Part shown: positions 16,280-24,564 of the stretch, one piece after another
Layout of the letters: each line of letters opens with the position of its first letter
Position numbering within the stretch: position 1 is the first letter of the stretch
Origin: a virus
Taxonomy: Duplodnaviria > Caudoviricetes
Direction: 5' to 3' (one strand)
IMG/VR virus record: IMGVR_UViG_3300036546_000216
Coordinates: 1 to 53,668 of that record
Length of the DNA: 53,668 bases
Made by a program: the position numbers and the translations under genes
Notes under the pieces: model-generated
Database searches by the model: none
The model's input: the letters and a program-made list of their open reading frames with translations, nothing else
Told to the model about the DNA's origin: nothing

Positions 16280-16972
16280 CTATTCGTCGCGATATGCAAC
16301 GGCAAGATCAAAAGCGCCTGTCAGGGTCCACCCCTCACTGTTTGCTGTTGCTTCCCATTCATCCACAAGCGCGCTTATTTCGTCGTCAGTAGTGCTTTGT
16401 GTAACAGAGTCCACCAAAGAACCATAGATGAAATTGCCAGTTTCCTCTTTGCAAAGCGGCTCATATTTGCCTGGTTTGTAGACCGCTTTTATAGTGCCGC
16501 CATCGTCGTAAAAATCATCAATTTCGCGCGCGTCTTTGTAGTTGGCATTGATGAAAGCCCTTGCAGCCTCAAGGTCTGGAAACTCACCTCGAGCATACAC
16601 GGCCCAATCATTGGTAGTGCCGCACCAGCCGTCAAGACATACCTCATTGTTCATGTTCTTGCGCGCGGGTTCGGTGGTAATTTTGATTGTATCCGCGTCA
16701 ATGTTTTGGTCTTGGTCAGGCCCTACATAGTTTTCTTCAATGATGAAAACTTTTTCCTCATACTTAGAGGCTACGCGCTTGGTCCACGTGTCCCCTTCTT
16801 GATTTATGAGGGTCAGGTCAAGGATTGCCCGCGGGTATTGATCCGCAGCAACGACGGCTACCAGGTCAATCTTTTTGATCTCATGACCGCGCCAGGTGTT
16901 TCCTACCTGGAAAGTGTCCAGAAATTCAGGGATATGTTGCCCTGAATAGTAAAAAGTGCCGTTTTTTAACAT
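16280..16972 (-). CDS. Acidic hypothetical early protein
   Basis: Start MLKNG after AAAGGGGG, downstream of a promoter; D/E-rich C-terminal half. Confidence 0.7.
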   Translation of the reverse strand: MLKNGTFYYSGQHIPEFLDTFQVGNTWRGHEIKKIDLVAVVAADQYPRAILDLTLINQEGDTWTKRVASKYEEKVFIIEENYVGPDQDQNIDADTIKITTEPARKNMNNEVCLDGWCGTTNDWAVYARGEFPDLEAARAFINANYKDAREIDDFYDDGGTIKAVYKPGKYEPLCKEETGNFIYGSLVDSVTQSTTDDEISALVDEWEATANSEGWTLTGAFDLAVAYRDE

Positions 16973-17015
16973 TTTACGCCCCCTTTGGAATATACGTACC
17001 ATACAGTACGCTTTA

Positions 17016-17044
17016 ATCATAGCACCAATATGACACCACTGCAA
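17016..17044 (-). promoter_or_regulatory. Sigma70-type leftward early promoter 2
   Basis: TTGCAG-17 nt-TATGAT with TG extension. Confidence 0.65.
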
Positions 17045-17143
17045 TACTAAATAGCAAAAAACTTTTTACAGGCTATTTAAAGGCTTGTAAGTTAGTCGCG
17101 TTTTCGGTAGCTTGGAACAGCTGCCGACGCCCGACGCCTGGCG

Positions 17144-17539
17144 CTACCATTCCAGCGCATGGATTTTACCCCACATTTCACTTTCAAGGCTTTGTTCTTC
17201 TCTTTTCAATTCCCAATAAATAGTTTCACTTTCTGGTAAAAACCCTATTGGATAATTGTTCGCTTTGCGATATTCCCGCATGATAAAATCGCTTTTCTCG
17301 GATAAGGCATATATTTTACTATTGTATTCATGCCTTATCTGTTTGATCTTTTCGTTTGCCATTGCCTTTACTTCTGGCATTGTTATAGATAAAGCCTTAA
17401 CAATGCACGTTGATCCAAAACGCAAGGTTTTTCCCGTTTCGTTGTCGAATACCACAAAACACCTTGAAATGTGTTTTTTTCCGCAAAAGTCGCAGATATA
17501 TTCTAGGTTTTCAATTCCCTGAAATTCATACCGTTTCAT
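17144..17539 (-). CDS. Hypothetical protein with CxxC...FGSTC zinc site
   Basis: CDFCGKKHI and FGSTC; AGGAGG RBS. Confidence 0.7.
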   Translation of the reverse strand: MKRYEFQGIENLEYICDFCGKKHISRCFVVFDNETGKTLRFGSTCIVKALSITMPEVKAMANEKIKQIRHEYNSKIYALSEKSDFIMREYRKANNYPIGFLPESETIYWELKREEQSLESEMWGKIHALEW

Positions 17540-17654
17540 AGAACCTCCTTTGCAAAAAACTTTTTAGGCCTATTTAAAGCCTTGATACCAGGTCGATTAA
17601 TCGGCCTAGGCAATCCATAAGCTACCCTATATATATAAGGTAGCCTAGCATGGT

Positions 17655-17915
17655 CTACGCGGTAAACCTTACAAGCCGACGTGCTGCGCGCCGTGCCATA
17701 TCCTGGTAGCGCGCGTTGGGATCAATAGAGCGGGCAATAACAACGCTGGAAAGTGTAGAAAAATCCGAGTCTATGCGCTTTTCAATGTGCCATTTATAGG
17801 CAAGGGAAGCGGTAAAATGTTTTGCGTCGGATAGCCGATCGAACATCCTGAAATCGCGGTAGATACCATCGGAGCAAGTAGCAAAATGGACAAAATAAGA
17901 TTTTTTCGTTTTCAT
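17655..17915 (-). CDS. Hypothetical early protein
   Basis: AAGGGG RBS. Confidence 0.6.
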   Translation of the reverse strand: MKTKKSYFVHFATCSDGIYRDFRMFDRLSDAKHFTASLAYKWHIEKRIDSDFSTLSSVVIARSIDPNARYQDMARRAARRLVRFTA

Positions 17916-17993
17916 GATAAACCCCTTTTATTTTAGACTTATTACATAAGCCGTTTATATAGCTAGCCCAAAAAGAGCTAGCCGATAAAAAGC

Positions 17994-18278
17994 CTATGCG
18001 CGCATTTCTTCCCATTTATCAAGCGCGCGTTTCGCATTACTGGAAAGGATCAACGCTTGTGCAGCCAACTTTCCACAAAGCTCTATAACGTCCTCATTGT
18101 AATAGGTAGCGGAAAAATTGACATTGTGTATAGCAGTTTCAAGCGCCGTCAAAATGTTGCGCATTTCATACGGTACGATTGAATTGATCGTTGCGTCGTA
18201 GTTGCCTACCTTTATCATTTCTGTTTTTACCAGCTCCTGAAAAGCCTTAAGATCTTTTGATTTTTCTTTTACTGTCAT
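17994..18278 (-). CDS. Hypothetical early protein
   Basis: AAGGGG RBS, ATGA overlap. Confidence 0.65.
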   Translation of the reverse strand: MTVKEKSKDLKAFQELVKTEMIKVGNYDATINSIVPYEMRNILTALETAIHNVNFSATYYNEDVIELCGKLAAQALILSSNAKRALDKWEEMRA

Positions 18279-18532
18279 TTTGATCCCCTTGTGAAATTGA
18301 TAACGTCGGCCAAAACTTGGCCGATCGGCCGATGAAAAGCCGCCCGCTGCATAGCGTTGGCCTTTCCAGGATTGACAAGCGCGATTGTATCAATAATTGC
18401 AAGCGCGCCCCAATAGTCTTTTTTCTGTACGTACTCTTTACAAAGTAGCGTTAATGGATCCATGTTTTTCATTTTGTGCCACCTATACGATAGATATGTT
18501 TTTTCCATACGGAAAAACTTTTTTAAGGCCAT
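18275..18532 (-). CDS. Hypothetical early protein (start uncertain)
   Basis: Coupled to the downstream gene; 5' end overlaps a motif copy. Confidence 0.5.
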   Translation of the reverse strand: MALKKFFRMEKTYLSYRWHKMKNMDPLTLLCKEYVQKKDYWGALAIIDTIALVNPGKANAMQRAAFHRPIGQVLADVINFTRGSK

Positions 18533-18679
18533 TTAAAGCCATAAAACCCAATATCAAAAAACTTTTTAAGGCTCATTTAAAGCCTTGTACGTCGGTTGCG
18601 ATCCCTATCAGGATAATGCAGCCGTCGGGCTAAAACTATCCAATAGCTAGCATACAATGGTAGGCTAGCCATGCATGGC

Positions 18680-19105
18680 TTACAAGCTATGTTTTTCTAC
18701 TAGCAAGTCATAAAGAGTATCAAAACTCTTGCCTTGCCTTGCGTACTCTATAGCTAGCTCAAACTCTTGCTTATCAAGAGTAGCCATGTTTAAGCAAAAC
18801 TTGTAAGCCTTTGCTACATGTTCGTCGTTGCCGAATAGTTCGTACAAGTCCAAGAGTGAATACATGGAAAAAACGCCGTCTATGTCTAGCTCTATTTTAC
18901 GCTCCAATAACTTATCCAAGCCGTCGGCATTGTAGAACATAAAATTCATATCATAGTCATTGCCCAAAATAAATCCTTTTGCAAAGTCGCAAGACTTGCA
19001 TGTATGCCTACCATCAGTAGTTTTTTCCAACTTGCGAAAAGCCTTGATGGTATACGTCGTTTCACACTGAGTACAAGTAATGATTTTTCTGTTTCTCAAT
19101 TTCAT
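18680..19105 (-). CDS. Zinc-ribbon hypothetical protein
   Basis: CTQC...CKSC; AAGGAG RBS. Confidence 0.65.
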   Translation of the reverse strand: MKLRNRKIITCTQCETTYTIKAFRKLEKTTDGRHTCKSCDFAKGFILGNDYDMNFMFYNADGLDKLLERKIELDIDGVFSMYSLLDLYELFGNDEHVAKAYKFCLNMATLDKQEFELAIEYARQGKSFDTLYDLLVEKHSL

Positions 19106-19302
19106 TTTACGCTCCTTAATACTCTTGAAATGTTGATAGTATCCGACAAGTCCGATACCTTGCTATTCATTGCATTCTGGATAGCTTCAGTCAATTCTAC
19201 ACCAACCAAACCACTAGCAGACAAAGAACGTTTAACGGCTTTGTATACTTTGTTCTGTAAAGTTTCTGGTAAACAACAAACATCGTAAGCTTTGTAATTC
19301 AT
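19102..19302 (-). CDS. Hypothetical early protein
   Basis: AAGAGG RBS. Confidence 0.65.
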   Translation of the reverse strand: MNYKAYDVCCLPETLQNKVYKAVKRSLSASGLVGVELTEAIQNAMNSKVSDLSDTINISRVLRSVK

Positions 19303-19387
19303 GATAAAACCTCTTTAATAAGAATTTAAGACTTTATACAAAGCCTTTTGTCTAGCTAGCCGAAAGTCGGCTAGCCGATAAAAAGCC

Positions 19388-19558
19388 TTATTGATAACTA
19401 GGTTTGTTTCCGTTGAATATTTTGCCATTGTTCATATCATCGTAACGATTCAATAAATCTATCATTGCCTTTAAACCGTCGCTATCATTAGAGAACCAAA
19501 ATGTAATACCAGAATTAAGTGAAAAACCAATACGGTCAGCTTTTTTTTCTTTTTTCAT
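19388..19558 (-). CDS. 56-aa first gene of the leftward early operon (not in ORF track)
   Basis: MKKEKKADRIGFSLNSGITFWFSND...; AAGAGG RBS directly after the promoter. Confidence 0.6.
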   Translation of the reverse strand: MKKEKKADRIGFSLNSGITFWFSNDSDGLKAMIDLLNRYDDMNNGKIFNGNKPSYQ

Positions 19559-19608
19559 AATAGAACCTCTTTATAAAGAATAGTTAACGTACCATACAGT
19601 ACATGTAT

Positions 19609-19637
19609 AAGATAGCATGGTATCAAAGTGATGTCAA
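19609..19637 (-). promoter_or_regulatory. Sigma70-type leftward early promoter 1
   Basis: TTGACA-17 nt-TATCTT with TG extension. Confidence 0.75.
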
Positions 19638-19700
19638 TATAAATCGTACTATTATAGATAGCGCGCGCGTACGCGTTGCTATAACCGTGCCAACTTTGAT

Positions 19701-19729
19701 ATGGTAGCCGATGGTAGCCGATGGTAGCC
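19701..19729. repeat. Tandem repeat ATGGTAGCC(G), three copies, period 10
   Basis: Copies at 19701, 19711 and 19721; degenerate copies near 19761 and 19809. Confidence 0.9.
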
Positions 19730-19860
19730 TACATGCAATCGCTGCAGTACCAGGCACTACTGGTAGCGTTGCCAGGAGGATCAGGGCGCTATGGATAGGG
19801 TACTAGATATGGTGCCGTTTCCAGGGCGATCGCCAGGACAGCGCTACATGTAGCGGGAAA

Positions 19861-19937
19861 AGGTACTGTGGAGGGGGATCGACAGACTTGCCAAACCGTG
19901 CGCGCCCCGTCTTTTCTCACCTAGCTGGTAAAATTTT
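19861..19937 (+). other. Putative cos packaging site
   Basis: AGGTACT...GATCGACAG...GC-rich...TTTTC...AAAATTTT parallels lambda GGGTCCT(cosQ)...GATCCGACAG...cosN...TTTTC...AAAATTTT; the phage has a gpA-type terminase. Confidence 0.55.
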
Positions 19938-19987
19938 GACGCAACAGGTGTTTCTCAGTCATTTTCTGTCGCTTTCTGGCGTTAATT

Positions 19988-20557
19988 CTAGAAATTTGCC
20001 GAATATTCGCTGTATTTCAACCTGTTTTCGGCCTCTCGATTCGCCTCAGCTTCGGCTTCCATTGCGGTGCTGGTGATGATGATAAACAACCCCATGTCAT
20101 GCTTGAATAAATGGTCGTCGAGCACGACCTCGATCGTCTTACCGCCGAAGTCCCAGGTGTCTCTTGATGCGATACCGCTCATGGCTATTGACTTGCTGGT
20201 CTGGTCTCCGTACTTTTCGGTGAACATTTCTACGACCGCCTTGCGCAGCTCGATGATCTGGGGTGTGGTGTACCCTCCAAAAAGCGGGCTACCCATAACG
20301 AGCCTGTAGAGCCTGCCGCCGAGGTACTTGGTTTCGATGGTGAACTTATGCCCGAACATGGTGGTGGAGTATGATGCCCATGCGTGGCTGGTGCTATCCA
20401 CATTGACCACTGCGTCCTTGCGCATGCAATCCTCAAACTCCTGCTTGCTCATACCGAAGCTGGTTGCCCTGTACGCATCACCTACCGCTGGGTACTTGGG
20501 TTTCGATTCGCTCTGCATTGCTGTCCGCATGCTCTCTGCATGTCTCTTAAACCACAT
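19988..20557 (-). CDS. Hypothetical protein downstream of the repressor-like gene
   Basis: GGAGG RBS; co-oriented with the Arc-like gene, possibly expressed in the lysogen. Confidence 0.7.
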   Translation of the reverse strand: MWFKRHAESMRTAMQSESKPKYPAVGDAYRATSFGMSKQEFEDCMRKDAVVNVDSTSHAWASYSTTMFGHKFTIETKYLGGRLYRLVMGSPLFGGYTTPQIIELRKAVVEMFTEKYGDQTSKSIAMSGIASRDTWDFGGKTIEVVLDDHLFKHDMGLFIIITSTAMEAEAEANREAENRLKYSEYSANF

Positions 20558-20650
20558 GGCTATCCTCCTAATATAACTTCTTTTTGTTATGCTGTAAGTT
20601 TTTCTTTTGTACCAGTGGAAACTGTAGTATGATACTCTGGGTGCCTTTTC

Positions 20651-20950
20651 CTATGCCATCTCCCGAGCTTTCCCTTTTTTGTCCGAACCAGATTCGGCAT
20701 CGGGAGCGTCACGGTGTTTTGGTGAATCGTCCTCATCAATTTGCGAAGCGGACCGTACAATGTGTACAGGCTCCACGTGCTTCAGAAACCTTCTTTCAGA
20801 TTCCATCAATTCTATACCTTTCTTGATGAGCTCAATGGCCTCGCTGTTGAATGAACGTCCGTTCATTTGTGACATTCTATCCACTTCTTTCGCCAGCCTC
20901 TCGTTTATCCGAAGCGATAGCTTGCGTATGTTGTCTGAACCATTATCCAT
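20651..20950 (-). CDS. Arc-family ribbon-helix-helix repressor (CI position)
   Basis: LSLRINERL...NGRSFNSEAIELI; GGAGG RBS. Confidence 0.8.
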   Translation of the reverse strand: MDNGSDNIRKLSLRINERLAKEVDRMSQMNGRSFNSEAIELIKKGIELMESERRFLKHVEPVHIVRSASQIDEDDSPKHRDAPDAESGSDKKGKAREMA

Positions 20951-20978
20951 AATCGCCTCCTGTCTGTAATACACCACC

Positions 20979-21007
20979 AATATACTGTGGTATCAGTGTG
21001 ATGTCAA
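20979..21007 (-). promoter_or_regulatory. Leftward switch promoter
   Basis: TTGACA-17 nt-TATATT. Confidence 0.7.
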
Positions 21008-21083
21008 TATAGTCACACCCAGCAAAAATCAATATATCCCTCAAAATAAAACCAAAATGGTGGCAGATTGGTGAAAAAACTGC

Positions 21084-21112
21084 TTGACTAGCGTGAAAAG
21101 TGGTGTTACGAT
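21084..21112 (+). promoter_or_regulatory. Rightward lytic promoter
   Basis: TTGACT-17 nt-TACGAT with TG extension. Confidence 0.7.
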
Positions 21113-21118
21113 GACACC

Positions 21119-21304
21119 ATGAATAAACCAAACACTGTAAAAACCACACGTAAGACATCTCTACGAATGTCTGAGGAACTCGCCAAGAGGGTCGAGAGAC
21201 TGGCAAAGGCTGACAGCCGCTCGTTCAACCAGATGATCAACATCCTGGTTGACAAGGCTGTATCGCAAAGTGACAAGGAGCAGTCCAATGGAGCAAACAC
21301 ATGA
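21119..21304 (+). CDS. Arc-family ribbon-helix-helix protein (Cro position)
   Basis: TSLRMSEEL...DSRSFNQMINILV. Confidence 0.8.
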   Translation: MNKPNTVKTTRKTSLRMSEELAKRVERLAKADSRSFNQMINILVDKAVSQSDKEQSNGANT

Positions 21305-21500
21305 GGATGGCTCAGGGAAGCTCACATGGGACCGCACTGAGTGCGCCAAGCAAATCGGGGTGTCAGTAAGGACACTAGACCGCATGGTTGCTGAGGGCAG
21401 GATACCTGTGCTGAAGGTGAGAGCCAAGAAGCTGTTCCTGCCTGACTCAATTCGTGAGTGGATGCAGGAATCGCAGGAAAACAAGGAAGGAAAAGGATGA
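21288..21500 (+). CDS. Excisionase-like HTH protein
   Basis: ECAKQIGVSVRTLDRMVAEGRIP. Confidence 0.8.
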   Translation: MEQTHEDGSGKLTWDRTECAKQIGVSVRTLDRMVAEGRIPVLKVRAKKLFLPDSIREWMQESQENKEGKG

Positions 21501-21853
21501 TGAATGGATTGAGTGACGGGATGATGAAGGTGCTTGAGGTACTCGGGGAAAGGGTTCAGGCAGCAGAGAATATGGAGAGATGGACCCGCAAACAAAAGGA
21601 AGATGCCGAGAAAGAGCTTGCTGATGTCAACGAGCACAATAGGCAGCTGAACATCGAGGTAAGCGACCTCAAGAAGCAGTTGTTCGAGGCAAACGAGAGG
21701 ATCCATGAGTACGAGAGCGCTGTCATCATCGACAACGACGGAAAGCTCATCCAGTTCAAGGATCTGCCCGAGCTTGAGATTCCCGAGGATATGGAGAAGG
21801 AAATCCAAGAATCGCTGGACCGTGGCAAGGCTCCTGATAAGGCTTCAAAGTGA
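21497..21853 (+). CDS. Coiled-coil hypothetical protein
   Basis: ATGA coupling. Confidence 0.65.
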   Translation: MMNGLSDGMMKVLEVLGERVQAAENMERWTRKQKEDAEKELADVNEHNRQLNIEVSDLKKQLFEANERIHEYESAVIIDNDGKLIQFKDLPELEIPEDMEKEIQESLDRGKAPDKASK

Positions 21854-22596
21854 GAACCGTCCACTTCTCCAACCGCCACGACTGGCGTGCTTGGTGTGAT
21901 GCACAGGGCAACGAGTACCACGGTGCCTCCGGTGCAGCCGGGAGGGCTGGACTCAGCCTATACCAGACAGCAATGGACATATATATGGAGTTGGTCGGGC
22001 TGAAGGCCAAGGATGACATCTCTGGTAAGGAAAGGGTTATCTACGGCACAGAGGCAGAGGACCCGATTCGCAGGCTGTTTGAGCTGGACTATCCAAACCG
22101 CTTCAAGGTGACAACGGCTCCCTATGACGTGCTTCTGGACGACCGCTATCCCTACATCGGTGCGACGCTCGACGGCTACCTGGAGTACACATCCGACGAG
22201 CCTTGGGTGCTCACAAGCCCCACCGGCTTCGTAGGAACCATACGAAAGGGTGACAATGGTGTCTACGAGGGCAAGACGGCTCTTGTACGCAGCAGGGACG
22301 ATTTCAACACATGGTCGGTACAAGCCCCAGACTACTATCTCGCACAGGGATGCCAGCAGTTGTATGTGACCAGATGGAGGTATTGGTTCATCAACGCACT
22401 GGTGGAAGTGCCAAGGTTCAGGAAAACAGAGGACGGCTTCGAGCAGTTGCCGTTCAGCGAGCAGAAAATTGTGCGCCACGTGTACTTCATGGACGACCCC
22501 GTGGTTCGCGATTCGATCAACTTCATCATCTCGAAGGTCGTGGAGATGCACAAGCGGGTAGAACTGAGAATCCCGCCTGATACAAGACTCTCATAA
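21850..22596 (+). CDS. YqaJ-like exonuclease
   Basis: GASGAA, YGTEAE, GATLDG, EGKT, PDYYLAQGCQQL. Confidence 0.85.
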   Translation: MRTVHFSNRHDWRAWCDAQGNEYHGASGAAGRAGLSLYQTAMDIYMELVGLKAKDDISGKERVIYGTEAEDPIRRLFELDYPNRFKVTTAPYDVLLDDRYPYIGATLDGYLEYTSDEPWVLTSPTGFVGTIRKGDNGVYEGKTALVRSRDDFNTWSVQAPDYYLAQGCQQLYVTRWRYWFINALVEVPRFRKTEDGFEQLPFSEQKIVRHVYFMDDPVVRDSINFIISKVVEMHKRVELRIPPDTRLS

Positions 22597-22607
22597 GGAG
22601 AAAGAGA

Positions 22608-23279
22608 ATGTTTCACAAAAAGAGAAGATGGACGGACTATAGAGGAATTTCCTATGCAAATGCGGATTCGTATGACACCGCCCAGAGTGATTTCAAGAAA
22701 TTGGTCGATGGCAAAGCGAATTTCGAGACAAGGTGCATTCATGCTGAGGCAAAGGTTGAGTCACTAAGCAAAGAAAAAACAGCGCTGGACAAGCGCCTGA
22801 ATGCCTGCCACAAGGAGCTTGAGCGGTTCTATCTCAAGGCCATCGGCGATTGCAAGACCGTCAAGCAAGTGAATGCCCTCAGCGAGCAATTCGAGAAATC
22901 AGATTTGTATAGGAGCACATTAGATCACATGGCAAACCGCATCTACTCATTGAGTGTCTTTGGCACTGCCATGAATGATGTAAAAACACAGAACGACACC
23001 CCATTGGATATTAGTAGGGTACTCGATGCAATCCACACCAAGATCAAGCGCATCAACACCAGAGACGCACGCCAGCTTTGCACCATGATCAACGCCGCAG
23101 GGGATAGAACCATCTACGCCTCTTCCATGGCAACAACCCTCAAGGGAATCGCTGGAGTCGAGGTTGACCGCACCAAGGTGCTTGCGGCCAAGGACAGCGG
23201 TCTGGACGCGTGGAACGTGCTTCTGAGCATGCTGGTGGCTTACGGAGTCAAGGCCGACAGTGTTCTGGAGGTGAAGTGA
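22608..23279 (+). CDS. Hypothetical protein
   Basis: 223-aa ORF with AAGGAG RBS. Confidence 0.7.
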   Translation: MFHKKRRWTDYRGISYANADSYDTAQSDFKKLVDGKANFETRCIHAEAKVESLSKEKTALDKRLNACHKELERFYLKAIGDCKTVKQVNALSEQFEKSDLYRSTLDHMANRIYSLSVFGTAMNDVKTQNDTPLDISRVLDAIHTKIKRINTRDARQLCTMINAAGDRTIYASSMATTLKGIAGVEVDRTKVLAAKDSGLDAWNVLLSMLVAYGVKADSVLEVK

Positions 23280-23461
23280 TGGGAAAATCTGAAACGGTTA
23301 CGCTCAAGAAAACCAAGGGTGGTACAGAGGTAACAATCAAAGCCGGAAAAGGCGGATACATCGACCATGCCACATTGGCTATGCTCGGGATCAATATACC
23401 AGAACCTAAGAGCCAAGCACAGGTTGTCACGAGAGAAGCGAAAGAACAGGAGGTGAAGTGA
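23279..23461 (+). CDS. Hypothetical protein
   Basis: Flanked at both ends by GGAGGTGAAGTGATGG. Confidence 0.6.
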   Translation: MGKSETVTLKKTKGGTEVTIKAGKGGYIDHATLAMLGINIPEPKSQAQVVTREAKEQEVK

Positions 23462-24564
23462 TGGCGGACGTACAAGCGGAATTTGAGATTGTGGAACCAG
23501 AACTGACCAAACCGACCTTCGAGGTCGTGGACGAGAATGGCGTGCAGAAGGTCGAGATCATCGGATTTTCAGACCCAGAGGTGACACCACAGGACGTGGC
23601 TGGACGCGAGGTGACTGTACGGAAGTCCATCGTACTCGGCAACGGCAAGATCAATATCAACGAGCTTACCGCCTACGTGGAGAACAGGGTGGCTGCGGTC
23701 AAGGCCATGGACATGGAGACCGCTGACGGGAAGGACATCAAAACGGCACAGTCAACGCTCAACAAGACCGCCAAGGAACTCTCCGACGTCCGCATCTCCA
23801 TGCAAAAAGTATGGGCACAGCCGTTCGACGAGAACATCGCCCAGCCCATCAAGAAGCTGGTCGCCTACATCGATGAGCAGAAGAAGGCCGTTGCCGAAAA
23901 GCTCAATGAGATTCAGAGGGCGTTCGAGGACTCCAGGAAGTCTGAGATCACTGAGATCAAGGATGAACGGCTTGCCAAGGAGTCAGAGTCCGTCGACAAG
24001 TACATCCACACCCTTACCTGGCTCGACGACCCAAGATGGCTGAACAAGACTGTCACAGTGAAGAAGATTGCCACTGAGCTTGATTCCAAGGTGACACAGA
24101 TAGTGGCTGACCTCAATGCGATCGGCATGCTCAACGCAGACAATCCGTTCGGCTCACAGCTCATGGAAGTCTACCGAAACAATGAGGGGAATCTTGCACA
24201 GACCCTCATGGAGAGCAAGCGCCTTGAGGAATCCGCCCAGAAATATGCGCAGATGCAGGCTGAACTTGCTGCAAAACAGGAAACTGAGCGTCTTGAGCGT
24301 GAGAAGGCTGAGGCTGAAGCCAAGGCCAAGCGTGAGGCGTTCCAAGAGGGTGGGACAGTCGAGATTGGCACTGCCGAGCCTCCCAAGTTCATGCAGCACG
24401 ATGAGCCTGAAGCAGTGGTTGATCTTCCCCCAGCCAAGGAAGAAGAGAAGAAGATCATTGTGGCATTCGAGGTCAAGGGAACCGTGGGCGACATCGCAAA
24501 GGTCGCAGAGTATATGAAATCAATCGGCTTGGCAAGTCGGTTCTTGAGCAAAAGGGAGGCATAA
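23458..24564 (+). CDS. DUF1351-like coiled-coil protein
   Basis: TLNK, PFD and DPRWLNKT motifs; lies in the recombination module. Confidence 0.7.
   Translation: MMADVQAEFEIVEPELTKPTFEVVDENGVQKVEIIGFSDPEVTPQDVAGREVTVRKSIVLGNGKININELTAYVENRVAAVKAMDMETADGKDIKTAQSTLNKTAKELSDVRISMQKVWAQPFDENIAQPIKKLVAYIDEQKKAVAEKLNEIQRAFEDSRKSEITEIKDERLAKESESVDKYIHTLTWLDDPRWLNKTVTVKKIATELDSKVTQIVADLNAIGMLNADNPFGSQLMEVYRNNEGNLAQTLMESKRLEESAQKYAQMQAELAAKQETERLEREKAEAEAKAKREAFQEGGTVEIGTAEPPKFMQHDEPEAVVDLPPAKEEEKKIIVAFEVKGTVGDIAKVAEYMKSIGLASRFLSKREA

Larger units (their letters stand above)
12710..18587. repeat. Seven dispersed co-oriented copies of AAAACTTTT-N7/9-ATTTA(A/G)(A/G)G
   Basis: Copies at about 12711, 13395, 13449, 17056, 17554, 18513 and 18556. 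Confidence 0.85.

Noticed and set aside
12571-19400. CRISPR array or mini-array
   Set aside because: Repeats are degenerate and separated by whole genes or by 1 nt, not by uniform spacers; no cas genes.
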